A stretch of 64,000 nt of DNA from Somniosus microcephalus (GCA_052327205.1 CM126217.1:77004001-77068000), one strand, 5' to 3'. Positions 1 through 10,924 are shown, numbered from the stretch's first letter. Made by a program: numbers and translations. The notes: generated from the letters alone by a model not told the origin.

Positions 1-284
1 CTTTTGTGAAACTTAAATCTTTCTGCTATCAGCAATGGTGTGGGGTTTAAGTGGTCCTGTAGTATTGACACTATGTTTTCAAAATCCTTTTCTACTGGCT
101 TCTCTGGGGTTACTAGGTTTCGTAGTAAGCCATACGTTTTTGCACCCATTGGATTCAACAATACCAGCGCTTTCTTGTCATCTGGCACTTCATTCGCCTT
201 GCAGTATACTTCTATGCGTTCGACATATGTCATCCAATCTTCGACTTCATTGTCGAACGCTGTGATACTGCCACTCTTCGGCAT
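1..284 (-). CDS. gag: Gypsy Gag N-terminus (partial, runs off the window; absent from the ORF track)
   Basis: Manual translation from ATG at 284: MPKSGSITAFDNEVEDWMTYVERIEVYCKANEVPDDKKALVLLNPMGAKTYGLLRNLVTPEKP...HLNPTPLLIAERFKFHK. It resembles the Gag at 14260 (TYSLMRNLCSPEKP...HFNPRPSEIVQRFKFNS). Confidence 0.85.
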   Translation of the reverse strand, partial: MPKSGSITAFDNEVEDWMTYVERIEVYCKANEVPDDKKALVLLNPMGAKTYGLLRNLVTPEKPVEKDFENIVSILQDHLNPTPLLIAERFKFHK

Positions 285-303
285 TTTTGGGTGTGGTTAG
301 ACT

Positions 304-415
304 GGCTTAAAATGGCGTCTCCCGCGCTTACCTTTCTTCCCCGCTGCGGCTTAAAATGGCGTCTCCCACGCTTTCCTTTCTTCCCCGCTGCGGCCTAAAA
401 TGGCATCTCCCGCGC
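304..415. repeat. About 2.5 copies of a ~44-bp tandem repeat in the Gypsy leader
   Basis: GGC(T/C)TAAAATGGC(G/A)TCTCCC recurs three times. Confidence 0.75.
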
Positions 416-966
416 TGCTGCCAACGCCGCTCTCGGCGGTCCTCGTGGCAAATGGCGACGCCCTGTGGGTTTCGTGCGCTGCTCCTGCGCTGCTGCCAAT
501 GCCGCTCTCTGCGGTCCTCGCAGCAATGGCAGCGCCTCACGTTTTCCTGCACGCCTCTCTCCCCCGTTGACGCTGCTCGGCCCTTGAACACAGGCTGCGC
601 TCTGCTCTCTCTTGTCTCTCTCCCCGTTGATGCCGCTCGGTCCTGAACACCGGCTGCGCCCTGTGCACTCTGCCCTCTCTCTCTCCCCCGCCGATGCTGC
701 TCAGCCTTTTTCTGTGCCGCTCGGTCGGCTCTAGCCGCCACTGTCCAGGAAGGGTCTGCACAGTACCTGTTGCCAGCCCGTTTCACTGGACCACCATGAC
801 TGGAAAGCCAAGCCTGGCTCTCGACAGCCTCCCCTGCGATGCTCAAATCTCCGTTGGATGACTGGGCGGTTGCTCGTGGTCGATGCCCGTGCTTCTGGAC
901 TCGACCTCCCTCCACAGGAGCGAATCCCTGGGAGGTGATGCAGTGTTGCAGGTAGGTTCGAATCTG

Positions 967-977
967 CGTCGTCGCCA
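967..977 (-). promoter_or_regulatory. Primer-binding site, tRNA-Ser-like
   Basis: TGGCGACGACG immediately inside the LTR, one mismatch from TGGCGACGAGG. Confidence 0.7.
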
Positions 978-978
978 A

Positions 979-1204
979 TGTTATATCCATGTATCTTAAT
1001 TTTGTTTCCTTCAATAATCAGACAACAGACTGCAGGGAACGATTCAACAGGTGTTTACTGAATGAGGGTTCAAGCTGCAACTGACTGTACAGATCACTAC
1101 TCAGGGTTTATATACAGGTGTGGTCACTGCCGGTACTACAGGATACAGGAGCTGTAAAAAGTAGTTCTCCCCCTTAAAGGTACATATGCATTACATACAT
1201 TACA
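979..1204 (-). repeat. LTR (226 bp)
   Basis: TG/CA termini, a TATATAAA on the minus strand, and an adjacent PBS. Confidence 0.75.
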
Positions 1205-1680
1205 ATTACCATTCAGATAATAGTCTGCCTTCCTGTTTTTGACACCAAAGTGGATAACCTCGCATTTATCCATGTTATATTGTATCTGCCATGCTTCTGC
1301 CCAATCACCCAACCTGTCCAAATCATACTGGAGTTTCTCGGCATCCACCTCACAGCACACACGCCCACCCAGCTTTGTGTCGTCTGCAAACTTGGAGATA
1401 TTACATCTAGTTCCCTCGTCCAGATCATTAATATATATTGTGAATAGCTGGGGTCCAAGGACCGATCCCTGCGGTACCCCACTAGTCACTGCCTGCCACT
1501 TGGAAAAAGAGCCGTTTATTCCAACTCTTTGCTTTCTGTCTGCCAACCAGTTCTCTATCCAAGTCAATACCTTGCCCCCAATCCCATGTGCCTTAATTTT
1601 ACACGCTAATCTCTTATGCGGGACCTTATCGAAAGCCTTTTGAAAATCCAAATACACCACATCCACTGGTAAATCCATGT
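1205..1680 (-). pseudogene. CR1 (HER1-like) LINE ORF2 RT fragment
   Basis: YLDFQKAFDKVPH, GVPQGSVLGP and KFADDTKL motifs. Confidence 0.92.
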
Positions 1681-1789
1681 TGACTTTACCGGCCTAAAAA
1701 AAAATCACAGGCACGTTGCACATGATTTCCTTATAGCATAAAGTGGGTGAGCTCTTCTGCCACAGGCCTGGACTCAGAAAATCCATCCT

Positions 1790-2230
1790 AATATCTTATC
1801 GTTACTCAGAGTGATCTCAAAGCACTTCACGTACAATGGGCTACACTGAGGTGACTTCTTATTTCAGCAAATCCGGTAACCATTTTACACACAGCAAGAT
1901 CTCACTAAGCAACAATGAGTTGAATGGGAAAGCTGCTTCTGTTGGTATTGGTTGAAAGGAGGAATGTTGGTCAAGACAGCAGGAAAGTTTCCTGCTCTTT
2001 GTCAAACAGTGCCATGGGCTCTTTAATGCCCACCTCAAGTACCAGGACAGGCAGACAGGGCCTTGGATTAACATGTTAGCCAAAAGATGGCACCTCCAAC
2101 AATGCCACATGCTCTTAGTCCTACAATGGCATATCAGTTTAGATTATGTGCTCGTCTTGGAGTGGGACTTTAATCCACAAGCTTCTGAGTCAGAGGTGAG
2201 AATGCTACCAATGAAGCAAGCTGAAGCTAG
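1790..2230 (-). mobile_element. Degenerate tRNA-derived SINE (SacSINE1/DeuSINE-like)
   Basis: Reverse-complement similarity to the SINE at 24860-25272 (GGTAGCA.TCTC.CCTCTGA...AAGTCCCACTCCA). Confidence 0.55.
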
Positions 2231-3158
2231 CATTATGTCACCCTCATAAATTCTTGGGGAAAATAGTAATTCTAAAAATATGGAGAACACCTTGGACTAG
2301 GCAGCCTAGTAATGAATAATTGTGAACAAATGGCTCATTTACATATGGTAATCTGTTGTACGTTGCTGGCCATCAGTTCAGTAGATAAAAGGACCACATT
2401 TTGATTTGGTTTTCTCTTTTTCATCACATACATCATACATTAAACATTTTATATTAATATCACATGAAACCGAATCAAATTGCAAAAAATGAATGCCATC
2501 TGCGCAACGGATATAAACGACATTTACATTTCAGAAAAGCTGCCCAATACAAACAAAACAGGAATCACATATATTTTAATTGGCATAATTTAAATTCAGT
2601 CAGGTATCTAACTGTAGATTGGCGTGGTTTCCAGGCCTGGTTTGTCCATGTCTGCCTGGTGCAATGCCGGGTGTTCCTGATGGAATGGGAAAGGCACAGG
2701 CAGTGGCCAGGCGGTAAGCGTGGGACAGGGAAAGAGCAGCAGCCATGAGGGCGAGGGGCCGGGGCAGGAGCCGGGAGCAAGGGCAGAGAGCAGAGAGGGA
2801 AGGTTGCTAGTGGGCCTACAATTATACTCCTTCGGATGGCCCTTATCTGCGTGCCAAATCAGGTTAGTTCATTGTCCCAATCTTGGCGGGCTAGTTTAAA
2901 TAGTTACAGCAATCTAAACTAACTGTTTTTAGATGGCCGGTGATCACACCTACTGCCCTGATTATCGAGTTGTTTTGTTATTAATGCATCCTAATCGGTC
3001 TGCCCAGCTTCGATGGCTTCCTTAAGCTGCTTCCGATTATTTATGCAAACAACTTGATGGCATCAAGTATAGGCCTAACTGGTTTTGGTCTGTCTGCGAT
3101 TTGGCTTAATGCATAATTCAGAGTCCTGCTGTCTGCTTTTCAAAATACAAAAGTCTCT

Positions 3159-3811
3159 GGCCTAGAAATTGAGTGGGGTTAGCGCCCAATTAGAGGCGCT
3201 AGAGGGCCTTGCGCCGGAATTATAGCCACTTCGGAAATTGATTTGGGCCCTACCATCGGCGTTAGCCGGTAGCGCTGCGCCGGCACCGATGACGTCATCA
3301 GTGTGCGCAGCGTCCCGGTTGCCGTGGTAACGTGGCCGGACGCCGAAATTCAGTTGCGGCCACCTCGCCCGTGGCAGCCGCAACCAACGATTTTTCAAAA
3401 GTTTCTTGCTGGACTTAGCGCCGGCGCATTAAGGTGGCGCGGCGGCCGGCCGCTTTCCCGGCGGCCGCCTGCCCGCACCTCCCTCCCCGGACTCCTCCAC
3501 CACCCCCCCGCGGCACAGATGTGTGTGGGCCTCGAGCCCGGCACTTCTCCGAGGTGCCGGGCTCATTTTTCGTGCGATTCCACCGGCCAGCGGTCGGCTG
3601 CAGGCAGCTCCTCCTTAACAGAAGGAGGAGGCGGGATTAGCGCCGCAATCCTGCATTCAGCGCCCATTGCGAGGCGCTGACACCCTCCATTAGCGCCCGC
3701 AGCCGTCTGGGCGCGGCGCAGCTGAATTTTTGGCGGGCGCAGCGGCAATTAACGCTGGCGCTTAATTTCGGGCGCTACAGCCCTGGTGGAGGCAAACTCA
3801 ATTTCTAGGCC
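3159..3811. mobile_element. Non-autonomous PIF/Harbinger-type element (MITE family A)
   Basis: 16-bp TIR GGCCTAGAAATTGAGT/ACTCAATTTCTAGGCC, 3-bp TSD TCT, GC-rich with repeated TAGCGCC motifs. Confidence 0.9.
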
Positions 3812-4224
3812 TCTCTTCACAGAAACTGCAGCTTAGGTTTCGATTTCCCCAAATGCTGCTTGTGCCACAGAGTCCAAGCTTTTAAAATCTTGCAGGCTTT
3901 TGGCCATGAGGTGCGGACACCATATTTGGGTACCCTTTTTAAAATGTCCATGCAGGGTCTCTTTTATTAACAATAACCTTTGGGGAAATGTGGAAATTTT
4001 GCAAATCTTACAGCTGCGAACTACATGCGCCTCTGGGATACGTGGGCCCTGCACACTTGGAGTTTGGTGAGGCCCAGCATTGGAACAGTGCGCGTCCCGG
4101 GAGCCCTCAGGTAAGGGCGCAGATTTTTCCAGATTGCAGGCCTCTGCCCGTGGGAGGCCTGTGATTGGAAAATACAGGCCATTAATTTGGAAGAGCTGAA
4201 GTTATTAGGAAAGGTGTAAGTAAT

Positions 4225-6100
4225 ACCTTGGTAAAGTGCCACACAGGAGGCTTGTTAAGAAGATGGAAGCCCATGGAATTAAGGAGAAAGTAGCAGCATG
4301 GATACAGAATTGGCTCAGTGACAGGAGGCAGAGGGTGTTGGTGGATGGATGTTTTTCAGACTGGGAGGTGGTTTGCAGTGGTGTTCCCCAAAGGTCAGTT
4401 TTGGGTTCATTACTCTTTTCAATTTTTATAAGTGACCTAGACTCAGGTGTAGGGAACAGCATTATAAAGTTTGCAGATGATACAAAACTTGGCAACATCG
4501 TAGATAGTGATGAGGTTAGTTGTAGACTTCAGCTTGACCTAGACAGGATGGTGAAATGGGCAGAAGCATGTGGAGTTCAATGTGGAGAAGCGTGAAGTGA
4601 TGCATTTTGCTAGGTTTAATATGGAAAGACAGTGGCCTAGAAATTCGGTGGGGTTAGCGCCCAATTAGAGGCGTTAGAGGGTCTTGCGCCGGAATTATAG
4701 CTGGTAACGAAATTGCGTTGGGCCCTACCATCGGCGTTAGCCGGTAGTGCTGCGCCGGCACCGATGACGTCATCGGTGTGCGCAGCGTCCCGGTTGCCGT
4801 GGTAACCCGGCCCCAAGCCCAAATTCAGTTGCGGCCGCCTCGCCCGTGGCAGCCGCAACCAACGATTGTTGAAAGGGATGTTACACACCTTTGCGCCGGC
4901 GCATAAAGGTGGAGCGGCGGCCGGCCGCTTTCCCGGCGGCCGCCTGCCCGCACCTCCCTCCCCGGACTCCTCCACCACCCCCCCGCGGCACTGATGTGTG
5001 TGGCCCGCGAGCCCGGCTCTTCCCCGAGGTGCCGGGCTCATTTGTCGGGCGAATCGACCGGCCAGCGGTCGGCTGCAGGCAGCTCCTCCTTAACAGAAGG
5101 AGGAGGCCTGCAGTACCCCAGCCTGCCGCACCGCCTCGGGTGCCGCAGCGGGGGATTAGCGCCTGAAAACTGCACTGAACGCCCATAGTGAGGCGCAAAA
5201 ACCCTCCATTAGCGCCCGCCGCCGTCTGGGCCCGGGGCAACCAAATTTTCGTCGGGCGCAGCGGCATTAACGCCGGCGCAAAATTTCGGGCGCTAAAGCC
5301 CTGGCGGACCCACAACCGAATTTCTAGGCCAGTATATTATAAATGGCACGATTTTGAAAAGTGTAGATGAACAGAGAGACCTTGGTGTCCATATACACAA
5401 ATCCTTAAAGGTGGCAGGGCAAGTTGATAATGTGGTTAAAACAGCATATGGGTTACTTGGGTTTATAAATAGAGGAATAGAATATAAAAGATAAGAGATT
5501 ATGCTAAAAATTTATAAATCACTGGTTAGGCCTCAGCTGGAGTATTGTGGACAATTCTGGGCACCACACTTCAGGAAAGATGTAAAGGCCTTAGAAAGGG
5601 GACAGTGGAGGTTTACCAGGATGTTACCAGGGATGAGGGACTTCAGTTATGAGGAGAGGTTGGAAAAGGTTGGACTGTTCTCCTTGGAACAGAGAAGGTT
5701 AAGAGGTGACCTAACAGAGGTTTTCAAGATGATGAGAGGTTTTGATAGAATAGAAAGAGAAAAACTATTCCCTCTGGCAAGCGGGTCAATAACCAGAGGT
5801 CATAGATTTAAAATCATTGGCAAAAGGTCTGGACGAGAGATGAAGGGAATTTTTTTCACTCAGTGAGTTGTTGAGATCTGGAACGCTCTACCTGAAAAGG
5901 TGGTGGAAGCTGATTTCATAAATAATTTTAAAAGGGAGTTGGACAGGTCCTTGAGGATGAGGAACTTACAGGGTTATGGACAAAGATTAAGTGGTGGGGG
6001 GGTGGGGTGGGACCAAGCACGATTACTCTTCCAAAGAGCCAGCACAGGCACGATGAGATGAATGGCCTCCTTCTGTGCTGTAAGTATCTATGATTCTAAA
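4225..6100 (+). pseudogene. 5'-truncated CR1 LINE (RT C-half and 3' UTR) interrupted by a MITE
   Basis: ORFs 4236-4595 (GVPQRSVLG, FADDTKL) and 5501-5866 (YKSLVRPQLEYC...FFTQ), plus a CR1-like 3' tail GAATGGCCTCCTTCTGTGCTG. Confidence 0.9.
4634..5330. mobile_element. Harbinger-type MITE family A copy inserted in CR1
   Basis: TIR GGCCTAGAAATTCGGT/ACCGAATTTCTAGGCC, TSD AGT, and the CR1 sequence resumes across it. Confidence 0.92.
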
Positions 6101-6721
6101 TCCTTTAATGGTCAGATGACCTTTTATTAACTAAAATCCAGGGGCTGAAAATCCACACCCATCCAGCGTACTTCCACCATAACTTTGGCAGGACTGGGTT
6201 GGAATTCAGGCCAGGACCTGGTTCTGCTGGGTTCAGGTCTTCTGAGGGAATTTTAATTTGGCCTTGTTGGGAACTGAGCTAGCACACGCAAACAAAGCCA
6301 CCAGTGTAAGAGTCCCGAGGTCGAATGTTCCATGTCTCCAGCTCTGAGAGAGAGACCTGGTGTAGGTTTGGCGGTGGTATGCCTGCCATGCTGTCAACTC
6401 GTGGAAGTGGGGCCCACCTCAGGATCGAGACCAGGATTATGCCTTGGATCTCAGAAGAAAAGGCGTGTAATTTTAAAATAAAATGTAAATGTGACCCCCC
6501 CCTCACTTACAAAGGGGCCTGCTGGAAGCATTGTAGTATCCTTTCCATAGTGGAGCCAACACACTCATGCACCACTCCCCTGCTACTGACAACCTGTGCT
6601 TGACAAGGTGAGCACCCTAGATGTGCCACTAAAGTTGTGTGCACCTGCCAGTGGTATTAAAATTAAGAGATCTCCCCATGATCCTGCAAACTTTGGTAGG
6701 GTCAGTGACTGAGTTCCCAGG

Positions 6722-6986
6722 TGTGGTAAACCACTGTTGTTAGTATTGTTGTTCACTGTTAGTACTGTTGTTCACTCTTGCATATTGTTGTACTTGTCTG
6801 TGCATGCCTCAGCTGACTCCGCCCCTGGCTCCACCCTCATGGCTGGGTATAAAGGTCGCTGCTCAGAAGCCTCCGGCCCTTTTGGATACCAGGCAACCAC
6901 AAGAGGCATGCTCTGTTCTTTGGTAATAAAAGCCTGTTTATTACTTACTCAATCTCCAGCCTTTTGTAGCAATTGATAGTGCATCA
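6722..6986 (+). repeat. 5' LTR
   Basis: Matches 10939-11203; TATAAA at 6848-6853 and AATAAA at 6925-6930. Confidence 0.97.
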
Positions 6987-7005
6987 ATTTTATTACCAAA
7001 GTTAA

Positions 7006-10000
7006 ATGTTGGCTGCGGATGCTGATCAACCGATGGCGCAAAACGCTGAGCAGCAGGCGCTGCTGCGAGCCCTCAGACCAACATGCCTGGACCTAGACCC
7101 CCAAGAAGCGGGTTCGTCGACTAAATTCGCACAATGGCTGCGTTGCTTTGAGGCGTATCTGGAAGCCTCGACCGTGACTCTTGATGAAAATAAACTGAAA
7201 ATCCTGGCCTCGAAGGTGAGCCACCAAGTCTATACTTTAATCCAAGATGCGACGACCTACGCGGCGGCTATCGACCTACTGAAAGGGCAGTATGCACGCC
7301 CGGTTAACACGGTCTATGCCAGGCACCTTTTAAGATCTCGCAGACAGCAGCCCGGGGAATCGGTGGAAGCCTTCCTACGGGCACTGCGGGTACTCGGACG
7401 CGGCTGCGACTGCAAGGAAGTATCGGCCGCGGCACATGCGGAGGGACTGATACGAGACGCTTTCGTTGCGGGTCTAAGGTCCGACTACTCCCGGCAGAGG
7501 CTGCTGGAGAAGGGTGAAATAGACCTGACAAAGGCAGTGTCCCTCGCGCTCTCGCTCGACGCGGCCCACAGAAATATGGACGCTTTCTCCCCTCATCGCC
7601 CCGCGCCGTGGACGCCGCAATCTTGGGCCATGGGACCGCCACCTCCGACTGCTGCAGCGATGTCCAAGGCACAAAAATGCTATTTTTGTGGCCAAGCTAA
7701 ACACCCTAGAGCACGCTGCCCCGCGAAGAATGCTACCTGCTCCGGCTGCGGGAAGAAAGGTCACTACGTTAGCGCCTGCAAAGGGAAGACCGCTAACGCC
7801 AGCAGCGCTGCGTGCGAACCGTGGGCGCAGCCATCTTGTCCGCCATCTTGGGCTCCCCCAGCCGCGTGGGGATCGGGACCGTGGGCGCCGCCATTTTGTC
7901 CGCCATCTTGGACGCCTCCGACTTCAACCACGGGGGACCCGGACTCAACCACCGCCTCATCTGACGACCACATCGACTCGCTCGACCATACGCTGGCCTC
8001 CGTGACGCTGGACCAATCTCTCCCTCATCAACTGTCCAGGTCCATGATGGATATTACGGTAAACGGCCGCGCCACTACCTGCCTTTTTGACAGCGGGAGC
8101 ACGGAGAGCTTTATCCACCCCGACACGGTGCGCAGTTACTCTCTCCCGGTCCTGCCGACGCGCCATCGGATCTCTTTGGCTTCCAAAGCCCAGTCAGCGG
8201 ACGTCGGTGGCTACTGTGTAGTGACCCTTTCAGTAAGGGGCACAGAATACAAAAATTTTAAACTTCTGGTCCTGCCCCATCTCTGCGCTGCCGTTCTACT
8301 GGGGTTGGATTTTCAGTGCCACCTTAAGAGTGTCACATTAGCGTATGACGGACCCCTCCCCCCACTCACAGTCTGCAGCCAGCAGCTTTTAAATCGCCCG
8401 CCGTGCACCATTTGCAGCCTCTCCACCCTTAAAGTTCCCCCCCCCTCCTTGTTCGCTAACCTCACCCGCGACTGTAAGCCCATCGCTACCAAAAGCAGGC
8501 GTTACAGTGTTGGGGATAGGAGCTTCATTAAATCCGAGGTAGCGAGACTCCTGAAGGAAGGGATTATTGAAAGTAGCACCAGCCCATGGCGAGCACAAGT
8601 GGTGGTAGTGAAGACTGGCGAAAAACAGCGCCTAGTTATTGACTACAGCCAGACGATCAATCGCTACACCCAACTAGATGCATACCCACTCCCCCGCATA
8701 TCTGACATGGTCAATCAGATAGCACAATACCGGGTGTTCTCGACGATTGATCTGAAGTCGGCATACCACCAGCTCCCCATCAGGGCTGAGGACCGCCAGT
8801 ACACAGCTTTTGAAGCTGACGGTCGGCTCTATCACTTTCTCAGAGTTCCCTTCGGCGTCACCAACGGAGTTTCTGTCTTCCAACGGGAGATGGACCGGAT
8901 GGTTGACCAGAACGCGCTCCAGGCCACTTTCCCATATCTAGACAACGTCACCATCTGCGGCCACGACCAGCAGGACCACGACGTTAATCTAGAGAAATTC
9001 CTCCGGACGGCCCAGCGGCTGAATCTCACATACAACAAAGACAAATGTATGTTTCGTACTACGCGCCTTGCTATTCTTGGCTGCGTAGTGGAGAACGGAG
9101 TCATCGGCCCAGACCCCGATAGAATGCGCCCCCTTATGGAGCTCCCCCTCCCCCACTGCCAGAAAGCACTGAAGAGATGCCTGGGGTTTTTCTCTTACTA
9201 TGCGCAGTGGGTGCCCAACTATGCGGATAAAGCCCGACCCCTCATCAAGTCCGCCTCCTTCCCCCTGACAGCAGAGGCCTGTGCAGCCTTCACTCTCATA
9301 AAAGGAGACATTGCGAAGGCCACAATGCACGCTGTGGATGAGTCCCTTCCTTTTCAAGTGGAGAGCGACGCATCCGACTTTGCCCTAGCTGCAACCCTTA
9401 ACCAGGCGGGGAGACCCGTGGCCTTTTTCTCAAGGACCCTCCAGGGCCCCGAGATTCGACACTCCTCTGTCGAAAAGGAGGCCCAGGCCATTGTGGAAGC
9501 CGTGCGACATTGGCGGCATTACCTGGCCGGAAAACGATTTACCCTGCTCACTGACCAGCGTTCAGTGGCTTTTATGTTTCATAATAAGCAGCGGGGCAAA
9601 ATCAAGAATGACAAGATCTTAAGGTGGAGAATCGAACTCTCCACCTACAATTACGATATCTTGTACCGGCCCGGGAAACTCAATGAGCCCCCAGATGCCC
9701 TATCACGTGGTACGTGCGCCAACGCGCAGGTTGATAGGCTACAGACCCTCCACAATGACCTCTGCCACCCGGGGGTCACCAGGTTCTTCCATTTTATCAA
9801 ATCCCGTAACCTGCCCTACTCCATCGAGGAGGTCAGGACCATGACCAGGAACTGCCAGATCTGTGCCGAGTGCAAGCCGCATTTTTATAGGCCAGACAGA
9901 GCGAGCCTGATCAAAGCCACGCGCCCCTTCGAGCGGCTGAGCATCGATTTTAAAGGGCCCCTCCCCTCCTCTGACCGCAATGTGTACTTCCTCAATATAA

Positions 10001-10896
10001 TTGATGAGTACTCCCGTTTCCCGTTTGCCATCCCTTGCTCGGACATGACCAGTACCACGGTCATTAAATGTCTGAATGACCTCTTCGCCTTGTTCGGTTT
10101 CCCTAGCTATATCCATAGCGACAGGGGCTCATCTTTTATGAGCGACGAACTTCGGCAGTACCTGCTCGCGAGAGGCATTGCTACAAGCAGGACCACCAGC
10201 TACAACCCCCGGGGTAACGGCCAGGTGGAAAGGGAGAATGCGACAGTCTGGAAGGCAGTCCTTTTAAACTTAAAATCTAAGGGCCTTCCGACCTCCCGCT
10301 GGCAGGAGGTCCTCCCTGCGGCGCTCCATTCCATTCGGTCGCTGCTCTGTACACCCACCAATGCCACTCCTCACGAGAGAATGTTCTCCTTCCCCAGGAA
10401 GTCCACGTCGGGGATTTCGCTACCAACATGGCTGACTTCTCCAGGTCCCGTCCTACTGCGGAAGCACGTGAGGACCCATAAGGCGGACCCCCTGGTCGAG
10501 AGGGTGAGCCTCCTCCACGCCAACCCGCAGTATGCTTACGTGGTGTACCCGGACGGGCGGGAGGACACAGTCTCCATTCGAGACCTCGCACCTGCAGGTG
10601 CTCCTGAAACACCCTCTTCGCCACCCACCGCTACTCCTGCCTACCCCCAGGACACAGTCCCCGCACGAGACCTCGCACCTTCGGGTGCCTCTGAGAGACC
10701 ACCATCGCTACCTCCCATTACCCATGCTCTGACCCCTGTAGACGGCATGCAGCAGCCCCAGGGTCCGCCACCTGCTACACCTCCTCTGAACGAGACACCG
10801 GGTTCACCGTTGGATGCTGCACCATCACCGCCGCTGCTGCGACGCTCAGGACGGCTTACAAGGCCTCCTGATAGACTTCAGTACACGAATTTTTAG
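7006..10896 (+). CDS. Gag-Pol polyprotein, 1296 aa (Gag, 2 zinc knuckles, protease, RT, RNase H, integrase)
   Basis: CYFCGQAKHPRARC and CSGCGKKGHYVSAC knuckles, LFDSGS protease, IDLKSAYHQ/PFG/YLDN RT, SDASD..EKE..TDQ..DALSR RNase H, HHCC and DDE integrase. PR-RT-RH-IN is the Gypsy domain order. Confidence 0.97.
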   Translation: MLAADADQPMAQNAEQQALLRALRPTCLDLDPQEAGSSTKFAQWLRCFEAYLEASTVTLDENKLKILASKVSHQVYTLIQDATTYAAAIDLLKGQYARPVNTVYARHLLRSRRQQPGESVEAFLRALRVLGRGCDCKEVSAAAHAEGLIRDAFVAGLRSDYSRQRLLEKGEIDLTKAVSLALSLDAAHRNMDAFSPHRPAPWTPQSWAMGPPPPTAAAMSKAQKCYFCGQAKHPRARCPAKNATCSGCGKKGHYVSACKGKTANASSAACEPWAQPSCPPSWAPPAAWGSGPWAPPFCPPSWTPPTSTTGDPDSTTASSDDHIDSLDHTLASVTLDQSLPHQLSRSMMDITVNGRATTCLFDSGSTESFIHPDTVRSYSLPVLPTRHRISLASKAQSADVGGYCVVTLSVRGTEYKNFKLLVLPHLCAAVLLGLDFQCHLKSVTLAYDGPLPPLTVCSQQLLNRPPCTICSLSTLKVPPPSLFANLTRDCKPIATKSRRYSVGDRSFIKSEVARLLKEGIIESSTSPWRAQVVVVKTGEKQRLVIDYSQTINRYTQLDAYPLPRISDMVNQIAQYRVFSTIDLKSAYHQLPIRAEDRQYTAFEADGRLYHFLRVPFGVTNGVSVFQREMDRMVDQNALQATFPYLDNVTICGHDQQDHDVNLEKFLRTAQRLNLTYNKDKCMFRTTRLAILGCVVENGVIGPDPDRMRPLMELPLPHCQKALKRCLGFFSYYAQWVPNYADKARPLIKSASFPLTAEACAAFTLIKGDIAKATMHAVDESLPFQVESDASDFALAATLNQAGRPVAFFSRTLQGPEIRHSSVEKEAQAIVEAVRHWRHYLAGKRFTLLTDQRSVAFMFHNKQRGKIKNDKILRWRIELSTYNYDILYRPGKLNEPPDALSRGTCANAQVDRLQTLHNDLCHPGVTRFFHFIKSRNLPYSIEEVRTMTRNCQICAECKPHFYRPDRASLIKATRPFERLSIDFKGPLPSSDRNVYFLNIIDEYSRFPFAIPCSDMTSTTVIKCLNDLFALFGFPSYIHSDRGSSFMSDELRQYLLARGIATSRTTSYNPRGNGQVERENATVWKAVLLNLKSKGLPTSRWQEVLPAALHSIRSLLCTPTNATPHERMFSFPRKSTSGISLPTWLTSPGPVLLRKHVRTHKADPLVERVSLLHANPQYAYVVYPDGREDTVSIRDLAPAGAPETPSSPPTATPAYPQDTVPARDLAPSGASERPPSLPPITHALTPVDGMQQPQGPPPATPPLNETPGSPLDAAPSPPLLRRSGRLTRPPDRLQYTNF

Positions 10897-10924
10897 TGCA
10901 CTTCACCCCGCCGGACTCAATTCT

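Larger units (their letters stand above)
1..1204 (-). mobile_element. 5' part of a Ty3/Gypsy LTR retrotransposon (5' LTR, PBS, leader, gag start), truncated by the window edge
   Basis: TG...CA-bounded segment 979-1204 is followed on the minus strand by TGGCGACGAC (PBS-like) and then a gag-like ORF. The LTR end abuts a CR1 fragment. Confidence 0.8.

Noticed and set aside
3162-5370. Many overlapping GC-rich ORFs (also 49107-49646 and 61240-62070)
   Set aside because: These are stop-poor frames within non-coding MITEs and are not preserved between copies.
6737-6976. Duplicated 79-aa ORF (also 10954-11193)
   Set aside because: It has a non-ATG start and is duplicated only because it lies in the LTRs.
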